A model generated the notes under the pieces. That model saw only the letters and a program-made list of their open reading frames with translations, was not told the origin of the DNA and did no database searches. From positions 930,001-994,000 of the forward strand of contig JBNJNM010000010.1 in NCBI GenBank assembly GCA_052426225.1: 64,000 nucleotides of DNA, written 5' to 3'. The position numbers and the translations under genes were made by a program. Numbering within the stretch: position 1 is the first letter of the stretch; every line of letters begins with the position of its first letter. Shown here in pieces: positions 25,585-36,012 of the stretch. This DNA comes from Zancudomyces culisetae HAW-14-8 (lineage: Eukaryota > Fungi > Kickxellomycota).

Positions 25585-28500
25585 TGTCGTATGAATTATT
25601 GGAAATTACGAGTTTCGTATTCCATTTTTTTCCCCTTGTGGTTTTTGGGAATATGATAAGGAATAGTTTTCAATAGTTATCAATTTTATTTCTTATCTAT
25701 AATTATTTTTAGTCAAGATTTCTTGGCAATTCATCAAAATAGTTTTTATTTAAATACGTTTAAGTAGTAATATTTGAATCTGTGTCCTCAAAAATAGTAA
25801 ATAAAGATACGCTAATAAACAAATTTTTGCAGCGTACCAGTATAGTTAGTTTTATAACAAATATATTAAATAATTATCATAACAAATTAAGTAAACGTTG
25901 GTAGAAGTAAATTCCACCACATTTGGCGCTCCCAGCTAGGCTGAAACAATTATTAATTCGAATTATCTATATATAAACAAAATATTTTTTATTATATCAT
26001 TACAACAATTTATATTAAACATTAAGAAAAATAATATAAAAATAAATATAAATATAACAAAATAATAATATAAAAATAAAAACTCATAACAAAACGAAAT
26101 GAAAAAACAAAATTATAAAGTACTGGAACCTACAGAGTTCAACGGATCACTATGGCAGGACCCCGAAAATTGGGTAAAAAGGTTTGAGATTTACATGAAA
26201 AAGAACGATTTCGAAGAAGCAGAGTACGTGGGTTGTGTGGAGTCTTATCTAGGTGGTAAAGCAAAACAATGGTACATAATTTATCAAGACAAATTCAAGG
26301 ATTGGACAAAGTGCAAGGAGTTATTCTTGAAACAGTTTAAAAGCAAAGAAAGGGAGTTAGCTTCATGGGAAGAGCTCCAGGGATTCAAACAGGATAGCAT
26401 GGATATTCTAGAGACTGCATCTAAACTGCAAGTACTGTTCAAAGCCGCAAGTATAACAGAAGAAAAAGATAAATTACGTTACCTAACCGCTTGCTTAAGA
26501 CCAACATTTAAAAAGCTTATTTTTGAAAAAGGTACTGAATCATGGGAAGAAGCAATAAATCATTTAGTTAGACATGAACAACTAGAAAGTATGTGCAACG
26601 ATACTTCAACGGGTAGCGGAGGAAATCTTTTTGAAAATGTTACTAAGGAAAGGCTAATACAAGAAGCTAGGTCTATAAAAGATGATCCAGAAGTTATGTA
26701 TGAAAAGATAGTCAAAAAGTTTGACGAACTCAGTATCAACATTATCAATAGTATTAAGGCAGGCAACAGCAGACCACCACCAAAAAGTCCTTTCTGTTTC
26801 GAGTGTAGGGAGCCGGGACACTGGCCATACCAATGTCCTAGGAGGGAAGCTAATCCAAGAACCGGACCAAGTGTAGCATCGGGAAGTAATGCAATGCCTG
26901 TGAATACTAACAAGAGGGAAGTAAATTTTTTGGAAGTTGAAAATGATATCGTAGTCAGTCAAGTTTTTGAGTGTGAAGCAAATGAAGCTGAAATCTATGC
27001 AGCAGAAAAGAGGAAGAATGAATTACAATCAGAAAAAGAAGCTAAAAAAAGAAGAGAAGGCGAGTCAACAATAGAAGTTAAGCCTAATAGGGACATCCTG
27101 AAACCTAGAATTCAGCGGAAGAAAGCAGTACCTATTAAATTTACAACTGACAAAGATGAATATTCAATCAAGAAAGAGCTACAAGGCATACAAGCTAATA
27201 TAAATTTGGCCCAGCTTCTAGAAGCTTCACCACAGGTGCGAAAGGAGCTAATTAGTTACGTTAGAAGGGGTGAGGAGTATGAAATTAAAGAGGTGAACAG
27301 CATTGAAAATGTAAGTTCAAACTGCAAGGCTATAATAAGTATATTTGGAAGAAACTACTGGGCTATATTGGACACAGGCGCTGCCTGCTCGGTAATGTCA
27401 AATGCATTTGCTGAAGTGTTGGGATTAGATATTGACAAAGAATCTAACCAAATTATTGTGACAGCAGACGGGAGGAAACACGGGACTAAGGGAATAATTT
27501 CAGAGGTACCACTTACAATTGCAGGGCAAAGGTTTCCAGTGGACATGACAGTTATGGATCAGAAAACTCATGTGTTAATTCTTGGAACAAACTGGTTTAA
27601 AAGACACGGAGCAGTTATCAACTTAAACAGCAATGAGTTAGTGTTGAACAACGAAGAATATGAAATATCCCTGTCAATTTCAACGCGCAAAGACATAACA
27701 ATTGAGTCAAAAGACAATGAGTATGAGTTATATGGTGTGGGAATAGAGAAGATAGAGAAACCGGAGCTACAGGAAGAGGAGATAGATGAGGAAATACAGA
27801 GGATTATAGATGCAAACAGTGATCTTATGGCAACTGAACTGTCAGATCTAACACAGACGGATAGGATACTTCATGAAATAGACACTGGAGAAGCAAAACC
27901 TGTTAAATCTAAGCCCTACCGCGTACCTCATTATATGCGAGAAAAACTAACAGAGGAGATAAACAAAATGGAAGAGCAAGGTATCATAACTCCTTGCGTT
28001 TCTGATTGGTGTGCTCCAGTAGTGGCGGTCTGGAAAAAGAATGGGAAGATTCGACTATGCTCGGACTACCGCAAGTTGAATGCGGTCACCAAGAAGGATC
28101 AGTATGCACTACCAGTAATCGAAGAGATATTTACTGCTGTTGCAGGGGCTAATATATTCAGTACTCTGGACGCATTAAGCGGTTTCTGGCAGGTGAGGAT
28201 GAAGGATTCTGATAAGCCCAAAACTGCTTTTGCGATTCCAGGAGGGGGCATGTTTTGTTATAATGTGATGCCCTTTGGTCTTTGTAACAGTCCCGCGACT
28301 TTTCAAAGACTGATGGAAAGGGTGTTATCATCAGTACTATGGAAATCAGCCTTAGTATTTATTGATGATATTATAATATTCTCAAAGTCTAAACTTCAAC
28401 ATATAAAAGATTTGGAGGAGGTGTTCAGATTACTGAGGGACAATAATATTAAACTTCATAAAGAAAAATGTTCATTTGGAAAAACCAGTTTAGAATATTT

Positions 28501-30868
28501 AGGACACTTAATCAGCTCTGAAGGAATAAGAACAAGCGAGTCAAAAGTAAAAGCGGTTAGGAATTTGGAACACCCAAAGTCAGTCAAGGAGCTTCAGTCT
28601 TTTTTGGGTCTAACCGGATATTATAGGAAGTTTGTTCAGAATTATGCGCAACACGCAAGACCATTACATCAACTTTTAAAAAAAGATACTAAATATAATT
28701 GGACATCTGAATGTAGTGTAGCAGCCGAATATTTAAAAAATTCAATAATAAAAGCACCTGTGTTGATTTTCCCAAACTGGGAAGAACGATTTGTGTTGAC
28801 AACGGACGCTTCAAAAAACGGAATAGGTGCAATCCTTTCCCAAAAAATAAATAATCAAGACCATCCCATTGAATTTGCTAGCAGGTCCTTAAGTCCAGCG
28901 GAGAAAAATTATTCGTCAACCCACTTGGAAGGACTAGGGGTAGTTTGGGGAGTAACAAAGTTTCGCAATTATTTATGGGGTAGACAATTTGACATCGTAA
29001 CTGACCACTCAGCGCTAGTAAGAATTTTTGACTCTAAAGATTTAAACGGCAGGTTAGCCAGGTGGAGTATTATATTGTCCGAATATGACTACATCATCAG
29101 ACATAGACCGGGAAGAAGCAACCCTTCTGACTACCTTTCTAGAGACGAAAATTTTTATAAATCAAATGAAGGAACAAAAGAGGGTGAAGTTGAGGTGGAT
29201 ATATTTACTATGGATAACCTTTATTATCAAGCAATTAAACATTATCTAGAGACAGGTAATTATCCACCAGGAGCCGACGATGAATTTAGAAGAAGACTCA
29301 GAAACAAAGCTTTGAAATACAGACTCCTGGATGATAGGCTTCATAGAAACTCAGCCAAGTTTGGCCTGCGAGAAGTATTAACCGAGGTAAATGCAGAAGA
29401 CAAAATCAAAGAGATACACTTTGAGCGACATGAAGGAATAAATAACACATTTGAGAAAGTAAAAAGGTTGTATACAGGACCAAATCTATTGCAAGTGGTA
29501 AAACGGATAGTGGAAAGCTGTGACCTCTGCCAACGATATAAAGGAAGTGTGACAAGGAGAACAAACCTCATACCAATACTGGCAAGAAAACCGTTTGAAA
29601 TCTTGGGACTGGATGCGGTTGGCCCAATTAGTCCAATTTCTAATAATGGAAACCGATACATATTGTCAGCCATAGATTATCTGACTAAATGGCCAATATG
29701 CAGAGCAGTAAGTAACATAAACACTGAAACTGTTATTAACTTTTTGATATATGATGTAGTTCAATATTACGGCGTGCCAACACAACTGATAACAGACCGT
29801 GGATTCAATTTTCTGAGCGACATCTCCACTGACTTCTACAAATTTCTAAATATACACCACACACCTACAACCGCATACCGACCGCAAACAAATGGTCAGG
29901 TAGAGCGGTTCAACCAGAATATCAAAAACTTACTGTCAAAATTGTGTCAACATAATAAAGCGAACTGGGATAATTATATCTGGAAGTTATTATTAACTCT
30001 TAGAACAATGAAAAATCGCAATACTGGGTTTAGCCCATCTGAATTACTATACGGTGTTGAGTTAAACACACCTATATCATGGAAACCAGCAGCAGAGATT
30101 GATGACTTTAATGAAGCCGTGAAGGAAAGAATAGAGCATATCAGTGTGGACCTCCCTGACATTCGACTAACGGGATTCGAATCTATGGTAAAAAACAAGA
30201 TCTACGAAAAAGGAGTATATGACAAAACGGTGCGACTATCGAGTTTTGGTAATGGCGACAAAGTACTAAGGCATGTGGAACAAACCAGTTCAAAGTTTGA
30301 CCCGAAATGGGAGGGCCCTTACACCGTTATTCGAGTGCATGGAAATGGTACTTATACTATAACTGACGACCAAAGGAACAAAGATGTGGTAAATGGCGAC
30401 AGGCTTAAGAAGTACCATGAACACAGAAATATGATACCAGAGATACAAACAGCACGGCTAAGACCAACGTTAAGACAATTTAGACAGCCGTCAGTTTCTT
30501 CATGGGGCACTCAGAGCTAAGGGGGGGGACCTGTCGTATGAATTATTGGAAATTACGAGTTTCGTATTCCATTTTTTTCCCCTTGTGGTTTTTGGGAATA
30601 TGATAAGGAATAGTTTTCAATAGTTATCAATTTTATTTCTTATCTATAATTATTTTTAGTCAAGATTTCTTGGCAATTCATCAAAATAGTTTTTATTTAA
30701 ATACGTTTAAGTAGTAATATTTGAATCTGCGTCCTCAAAAATAGTAAATAAAGATACGCTAATAAACAAATTTTTGCAGCGTACCAGTATAGTTAGTTTT
30801 ATAACAAATATATTAAATAATTATCATAACAAATTTAGTAAACGTTGGTAGAAGTAAATTCCACCACA
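25585..30868 (+). mobile_element. Full-length, apparently intact Ty3/Gypsy LTR retrotransposon G2
   Basis: 337-bp LTRs at 25585-25921 and 30532-30868 (2 differences seen); PBS TGGCGCTCCCAGCTAGG from 25924; PPT AAGGGGGGGGA; single gag-pol ORF; TSD AACA after removing the adjacent solo LTR. Confidence 0.97.
26099..30520 (+). CDS. Gag-Pol polyprotein (CA, CCHC, PR, RT, RH, IN with GPY motif)
   Basis: 1473 aa: CFECREPGHWPYQC, LDTGAA, FIDD, TTDAS, H-H-CDLC, D-D-E, WEGPY; no chromodomain. Confidence 0.96.
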   Translation: MKKQNYKVLEPTEFNGSLWQDPENWVKRFEIYMKKNDFEEAEYVGCVESYLGGKAKQWYIIYQDKFKDWTKCKELFLKQFKSKERELASWEELQGFKQDSMDILETASKLQVLFKAASITEEKDKLRYLTACLRPTFKKLIFEKGTESWEEAINHLVRHEQLESMCNDTSTGSGGNLFENVTKERLIQEARSIKDDPEVMYEKIVKKFDELSINIINSIKAGNSRPPPKSPFCFECREPGHWPYQCPRREANPRTGPSVASGSNAMPVNTNKREVNFLEVENDIVVSQVFECEANEAEIYAAEKRKNELQSEKEAKKRREGESTIEVKPNRDILKPRIQRKKAVPIKFTTDKDEYSIKKELQGIQANINLAQLLEASPQVRKELISYVRRGEEYEIKEVNSIENVSSNCKAIISIFGRNYWAILDTGAACSVMSNAFAEVLGLDIDKESNQIIVTADGRKHGTKGIISEVPLTIAGQRFPVDMTVMDQKTHVLILGTNWFKRHGAVINLNSNELVLNNEEYEISLSISTRKDITIESKDNEYELYGVGIEKIEKPELQEEEIDEEIQRIIDANSDLMATELSDLTQTDRILHEIDTGEAKPVKSKPYRVPHYMREKLTEEINKMEEQGIITPCVSDWCAPVVAVWKKNGKIRLCSDYRKLNAVTKKDQYALPVIEEIFTAVAGANIFSTLDALSGFWQVRMKDSDKPKTAFAIPGGGMFCYNVMPFGLCNSPATFQRLMERVLSSVLWKSALVFIDDIIIFSKSKLQHIKDLEEVFRLLRDNNIKLHKEKCSFGKTSLEYLGHLISSEGIRTSESKVKAVRNLEHPKSVKELQSFLGLTGYYRKFVQNYAQHARPLHQLLKKDTKYNWTSECSVAAEYLKNSIIKAPVLIFPNWEERFVLTTDASKNGIGAILSQKINNQDHPIEFASRSLSPAEKNYSSTHLEGLGVVWGVTKFRNYLWGRQFDIVTDHSALVRIFDSKDLNGRLARWSIILSEYDYIIRHRPGRSNPSDYLSRDENFYKSNEGTKEGEVEVDIFTMDNLYYQAIKHYLETGNYPPGADDEFRRRLRNKALKYRLLDDRLHRNSAKFGLREVLTEVNAEDKIKEIHFERHEGINNTFEKVKRLYTGPNLLQVVKRIVESCDLCQRYKGSVTRRTNLIPILARKPFEILGLDAVGPISPISNNGNRYILSAIDYLTKWPICRAVSNINTETVINFLIYDVVQYYGVPTQLITDRGFNFLSDISTDFYKFLNIHHTPTTAYRPQTNGQVERFNQNIKNLLSKLCQHNKANWDNYIWKLLLTLRTMKNRNTGFSPSELLYGVELNTPISWKPAAEIDDFNEAVKERIEHISVDLPDIRLTGFESMVKNKIYEKGVYDKTVRLSSFGNGDKVLRHVEQTSSKFDPKWEGPYTVIRVHGNGTYTITDDQRNKDVVNGDRLKKYHEHRNMIPEIQTARLRPTLRQFRQPSVSSWGTQS

Positions 30869-30871
30869 AAC

Positions 30872-31136
30872 TGTTGTATGCAAAATAGAATGTTTGCATA
30901 CTATTGGTTAATTTTATAGTTAGTAATTTTATTAGTTTTTCTAGTAAAATTTAGTATTTAAGAAATTATTATTTTGAATCTTAAATAAATTGTCAAATTT
31001 TAACCCATATAAATGTTCCGGTTCCATTTATATGTATGACTAGAAAGTGGTAACTAGTTAAAAGGGTTAAACCCAGTCTAGTGATACCACCCCTCTAGTA
31101 GATCCAGTTAGAATTCATAATTAATTGAATCTAACA
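30872..31136 (+). mobile_element. Solo LTR (G1-related) with 4-bp TSD AAAC, 9 bp upstream of tRNA-Val
   Basis: TGTT...AACA termini; AAAC at 30868-30871 and 31137-31140; first 14 nt TGTTGTATGCAAAA identical to the G1 LTR. Confidence 0.85.
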
Positions 31137-31145
31137 AAACACAGT

Positions 31146-31219
31146 GATTTCTTGGTGTAGATGGTTATCACGTCTGTCTAACACACAGACGGTCGCCGGT
31201 TCGAGTCCGGCAGAAATCA
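31146..31219 (+). tRNA. tRNA-Val(AAC)
   Basis: Acceptor stem GATTTCT/AGAAATC; anticodon arm TCTGT-CTAACAC-ACAGA; GGTTCGAGTCC T-arm; TTTT terminator. Confidence 0.96.
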
Positions 31220-32586
31220 CTTTTGCGATTTCTAAGATTTTATAATTATCATATCATGTTTTTTAATAGTGTAGTATAGCTATTATATACATTTTTGCCT
31301 GCGAATTAATTCCTATTCTTGAGAGGAAGATACCACCAATAGCGCAAATACAGTCAATATTAAAAACGACTATGACATTAAATCGAATAGTTAACCGAAT
31401 TTAACGAGATGGGACAACGTATAGAATCTTCTCTAGCATTTCATAACGGAATATACTTTACATATACTTTTATAATTACTATTATTTATAACTAGTAACT
31501 AATAATTGATTTAGTTAAATTGGTTTTAAATTATTATTCAATAGTAAATAAGTTCGATTATTCATATAACAGCAATCAAAACTATTGAAGTGATCCGCGA
31601 CCTGAGTATAATTGACATATTCAGTTCTATTCCAAACTAAGCCATTACATTAGCTGAATAATAAATCAGATAACCAAGTATCTACAGTATACTAGACTAG
31701 CGGATAAGTGCGATTCATATCAATTTAGAACTACCAAGTATTGTAAGTGTATCAATAGTACTTACGATCTATGTAAGCAAAGTTGAACATTAGAACCAAC
31801 ACATAATACATACTATCGGACAGAGAAAACCCCAACATTTTTTGCCTATTCTTTGCAGAAAATATGTTCATTAGTCATTTTTTTACTTATCGATTAGCTA
31901 TATTGTTTAAATTTTCAACATTTTCACTCTTGCATTATATTATACTATAATAAAGTGGTTGACACATTCATATCTGCAAATAGCTCTAATAAAGTGATCC
32001 GAGACCAGAGTAAAACTAAATAACAGTGCTGAACTAAACCCAGCTTTTCATACTATCCGAAATTTATATCTGGTTTATATTAATATCAACTCGATAGATA
32101 CTATCGCTTGTATTATTTGCTTAAAAGAAATATTTAGGTATTTTTGCCTATTTTATTACCTAGTATAATGTTTAGTGATTAAATGCTAAATATCTTAATT
32201 TGGAGTTAGTTATTTCCAAGACTATAGCTAACTGATTTATGATTTTCCAATAATACCCAAATTACAAGTTGACCTGTTGGCATATTTAGTTTACTGCACA
32301 TCCATTATAATTTCTCAATACCACATATTTCAATCCTTATCAATTAATTTAATTCTTTATTTATTATATTTAAAAATAGATATTCAATTCTGGTGATTGA
32401 GCCTCACTTTTTGCTTAAAATAATGTAGTTGATCAAATTCTACAACATCAGAGTAACTATAGTTCAATCTGCGTTATTTGTATATTACTAACAATAAAAT
32501 AATTATAATTATCTGGTCATATAGTAATAAAATTAATGTGTGTACAATTGTGTGGGTAAATAACATTATAAATCTTAATCTCAGCC

Positions 32587-33634
32587 TCATTGGGTACTTG
32601 GGTTGACCCCAATGGCTTCACTTAGTATGTCGGCAGACTATATTATAGACACAGCAAATTGTAATTCTTTGGATCATTTTATATTCACTTGATCGATTCC
32701 CCCAAATAATTGGTGTCTTAACGGATATATGGAGATAATCATTAAGGTAGTCTTAAACATATAAAGCATTTACGTACTCTGACAAAAGTGTTAACTTGGT
32801 TTAACAAGCGAGCTAGGTATTCCTGTCGAATTGATTTTTTTGCTTTAAGTCCTTCCAGTCGTTTGTTTAGTACCGACTTCTCCGTTATAAGCCTAATAAA
32901 TATGTTTGAAATACATTAATTTTAGTATTCCTCACTTTAATTTGAATTTATTCCATTAATACTTTTATCGGTGGATAGACATTAAGCATAAATGTGAGAT
33001 TTTGTATATCATTACTATGTTTAGTGCAAGATGGGAAACGTGAAAAAAATAGAGGAATTATTATTATAAACGTACCTTTGTCTTAGCGCCAATTCGTGAT
33101 TCAATCTGCCTACAGTCAGCAGATAATTATCGTTTGTTTCTACCAATTCCGGATTATCAGCTAGAAACTGATTTACAGGTGATAACTCGATCTCCTTATA
33201 TACAAATCTATGTGTTCCGGTGCAAAATTAAAATCAGCCAACACTACTTGAAGGAAAAAGAAGTACCGAGAAATAAGATCATTGACCTGCTTGCATTTTG
33301 TGTTTTACAGTTGGACTTGTTTGAGTATTTACCTTTGTTCTCTTAGCGACTTTATGTCTGATTCCAATGAGTTCCGTTGGTACGTCAATGCCTCGTAGTA
33401 CAGTGCCTTTTGTTCGTATGAATCTATCCTGGATAATAGCTTCTGATTCATCTGTCTGAGTTCAAGACATGCAAATCTATGGATTTTTCTAACCTCTAAA
33501 AAAAGAATTAAACATTCTTTCAGCAGTTCGTCATTCTCCACTTTTGTATTATTATCTAAAAGTGTCTGTAGTGTTTGAAGAAGCGAGTTGATACTCGTGT
33601 TTGCCAAATCTACTTTGTTTTTTAAATCCATCAT
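32587..33634 (-). CDS. THOC5: THO complex subunit 5 / FMIP-family protein (4 exons)
   Basis: Spliced product includes FLEVRKIHR...YEALTYQRNSLESDI, YKEIELSPVNQFL and GRLNHELALRQRL; GT-AG introns; last exon less certain. Confidence 0.75.
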
Positions 33635-33760
33635 TTTGTTACTTTGTACAATTTATTTTCAAAGTTTAGTGTTTGAACAATCTTGGAATTTACCGAAATT
33701 TATTATAAAAAAAGATGGATTAAAATATATAAAAAACTAAAATCAAGGGAATATAAAAGA

Positions 33761-36012
33761 TTAAACAATTCCAACAAACAACTGGTCATCCTTAGAAATA
33801 TCAGACTTGGCAACCAATGAGAGCTTGGTGTTACCATCTAGGAACTTGAAATCAACGTTGGATGGAACTTTGGCTTCTGAAGCTGAGCTAATATAACTGG
33901 AAACAATATACAAAGCTACAGCATTAGCAGAAGAACCTGAACTCTCAAGAGACTTGAACGAGTCGCAGATCTTTGCTACAGATGTTTCAGACTTTTCGGA
34001 GTCTGATGACTCAGCGGGATTTGTGCTGAAGGCAAAGCAGTTGGCGGCAAGCTTTTCCTTGATCATAACATAGCGCTCAAGGTTAACAAACTCGCTAAGA
34101 CCAGCAATCTTGGAGCCAAACAGAGCGTTGATGAGAGATAGGGCTTCGGCATCAGAGGCGGAATCTGAGGACTTTTCTGATGAGGACAGGCGCTCAAGGT
34201 GCTCCCAAACAGTGAAATCGAGTGACTTGTTTCCTGTGCTCAGATAACTCAATTTGTTTGTAGGAGTAGACACACCCATTGCAAGACTCTTTTCCTTAGT
34301 GGTCTCAATGTCCAACAATGTTCCAAAGAACATTCCGACTAGATATGGTATAATTGTATTGTTACTACTTAATAGCTGAGCAAATTTCTTTTCAGGTCTG
34401 GATTCATCTGAAGATTCTCCTCCAGTACATACATATTGATGAATCTGTGGGTAATGTTCATCTCTGCATTTGGATGAGCAGTAGAAAACCTCTTTGCAGA
34501 CTGGGCACTGTGTCTGATTGTCATATTTCTCTTGATCCTTCTTAAGTTGTTGTAGCTTTTCTCCCTTTACTGCTTCCGAATATGTCATTTTGATTAATGG
34601 CTCCTCCTCTTCCTTCTCTTTCTCCTCCTCCTTTTCTTTCTGCTCCTCTTCCTCCTCCTCCTCCTTCACTTCTTCCTCGATCTCTTTCTCCTCCTTCACC
34701 TCCTCCTCGATCTCTTTCTCCTCCTCTTCCACTACCTTCTCTCCCTCCTCCTCAACTGTGTTGCTCTCTTCAGCTTCTTTGTCCTCCTCCTCCACTACCT
34801 CCTTCTCTTCTTTTGCTTCATCGTCACTCACTGCTTCTGTTTCTTGTACCTCTTCAATCTTCTCTCCATCCTTCTCTAGAGTTTCTTCCGAAACTTCTTC
34901 CTTTTCGACTTCTTTCACTTTGTCCTCGATGGCTACCTGTTCCTTAGTAACAAGAACGGTCGCACATCCTGCACAAAATGATGTGGCATCTACTCCCGGT
35001 AGTAGACTTGATACAACACACTCTTCGGTGTATATAACATCCCCTTGCTTAAAGTCCTTTCCGGCAAACAAGAATGCACCCTTCTTTACCTCTTCCACCT
35101 CCTGAGTTGGCTCTTCCTCTTTCGTATCTTTTTTCTTCTTCTTACCTTCAGCTGCGCTAGTCTTGTTCTTAGCATTGAAATCTTTAACATAGACGTTCAT
35201 ATCGGATGGTGGGAATACCTCATAGTACTTCTCCTTTTTTATTTTTACTTCTTGTGCCATCATTGCCATGATTATTGTAAAAAGCTGCTCAGGAATTGTT
35301 CTTTGGTAAATCAGTACCAGCTCTATTGGGTTTGGGTATACCTTGAGTGCATGATAAAAATGCTTTGCTGCCTGTTCGTATCCCTTTTCACCTATTTTTT
35401 TTAACGCAACATTCATACATTTATTCAGTAAGCTTTTATAATAGATCTGTTGGCTAGAAACGTCAATGTTTAACATTTTGCAAATAGAAAAAGTATTATT
35501 ATTTTCTGCTTGTACTTTTCGTCATATCCAACACACAGGCCTTTTATGTAATATATTTTTTACAAAAAAATAAACAATCCTTTCAGATATTTCAAAATCT
35601 TACCCTGAGCGCAAACAGCTTCTCCTGCACTAACCTCCTTCATAAAGTATGCCTCTCTCTCTTCAGGTCTTTGCGGTACATCTAGTCCTTCCATCTCTTT
35701 AATGAGTTTCTCCGCAATCTGTTCAACCGTCGTCTCTTTTTCTTTCTTTTTGTCTTCCTTCATTTTGCTTGCTCTCTTTTGTTTTTTTGCTAATTTAATA
35801 TCATAATATTTAATCATCTGACCAATATATAAAGTCCATTTTTCGCGAAGTATTTATAATTTCTGCTTCAACTAGTTTAAATGATATGAATTACCTAGTC
35901 TTCTTCGAAAATGAGGATCGTTCCTTCTCTTATGATCAAAATAGATCAAATAACCCAATCCTGCTCCGATTGCACCAGCTGCAGCTAGCATTCCAATGGT
36001 ACTCGCTTTCAT
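33761..36012 (-). CDS. TOM20: Mitochondrial import receptor Tom20 fused to a split SET/MYND domain (exons 36012-35895, 35789-35604, 35391-33761)
   Basis: MKASTIGMLAAAGAIGAGLGYLIYFDHKRRNDPHFRRRL (signal-anchor and Tom20 motif), EAYFMKEVSAGE and HFYHALKVYPNP. This continues in the same exon into LFAGKDFKQGDVIYTE, CAGC...CPVC...YCSSKC...H...H...C and a SET C-terminal half. Confidence 0.9.

Noticed and set aside
34590-35105. Ser/Phe- and Pro-rich + strand ORFs
   Set aside because: Antisense shadows of the Glu-rich insert in Tom20-SET. Most other short overlapping ORFs in the track are likewise shadows.
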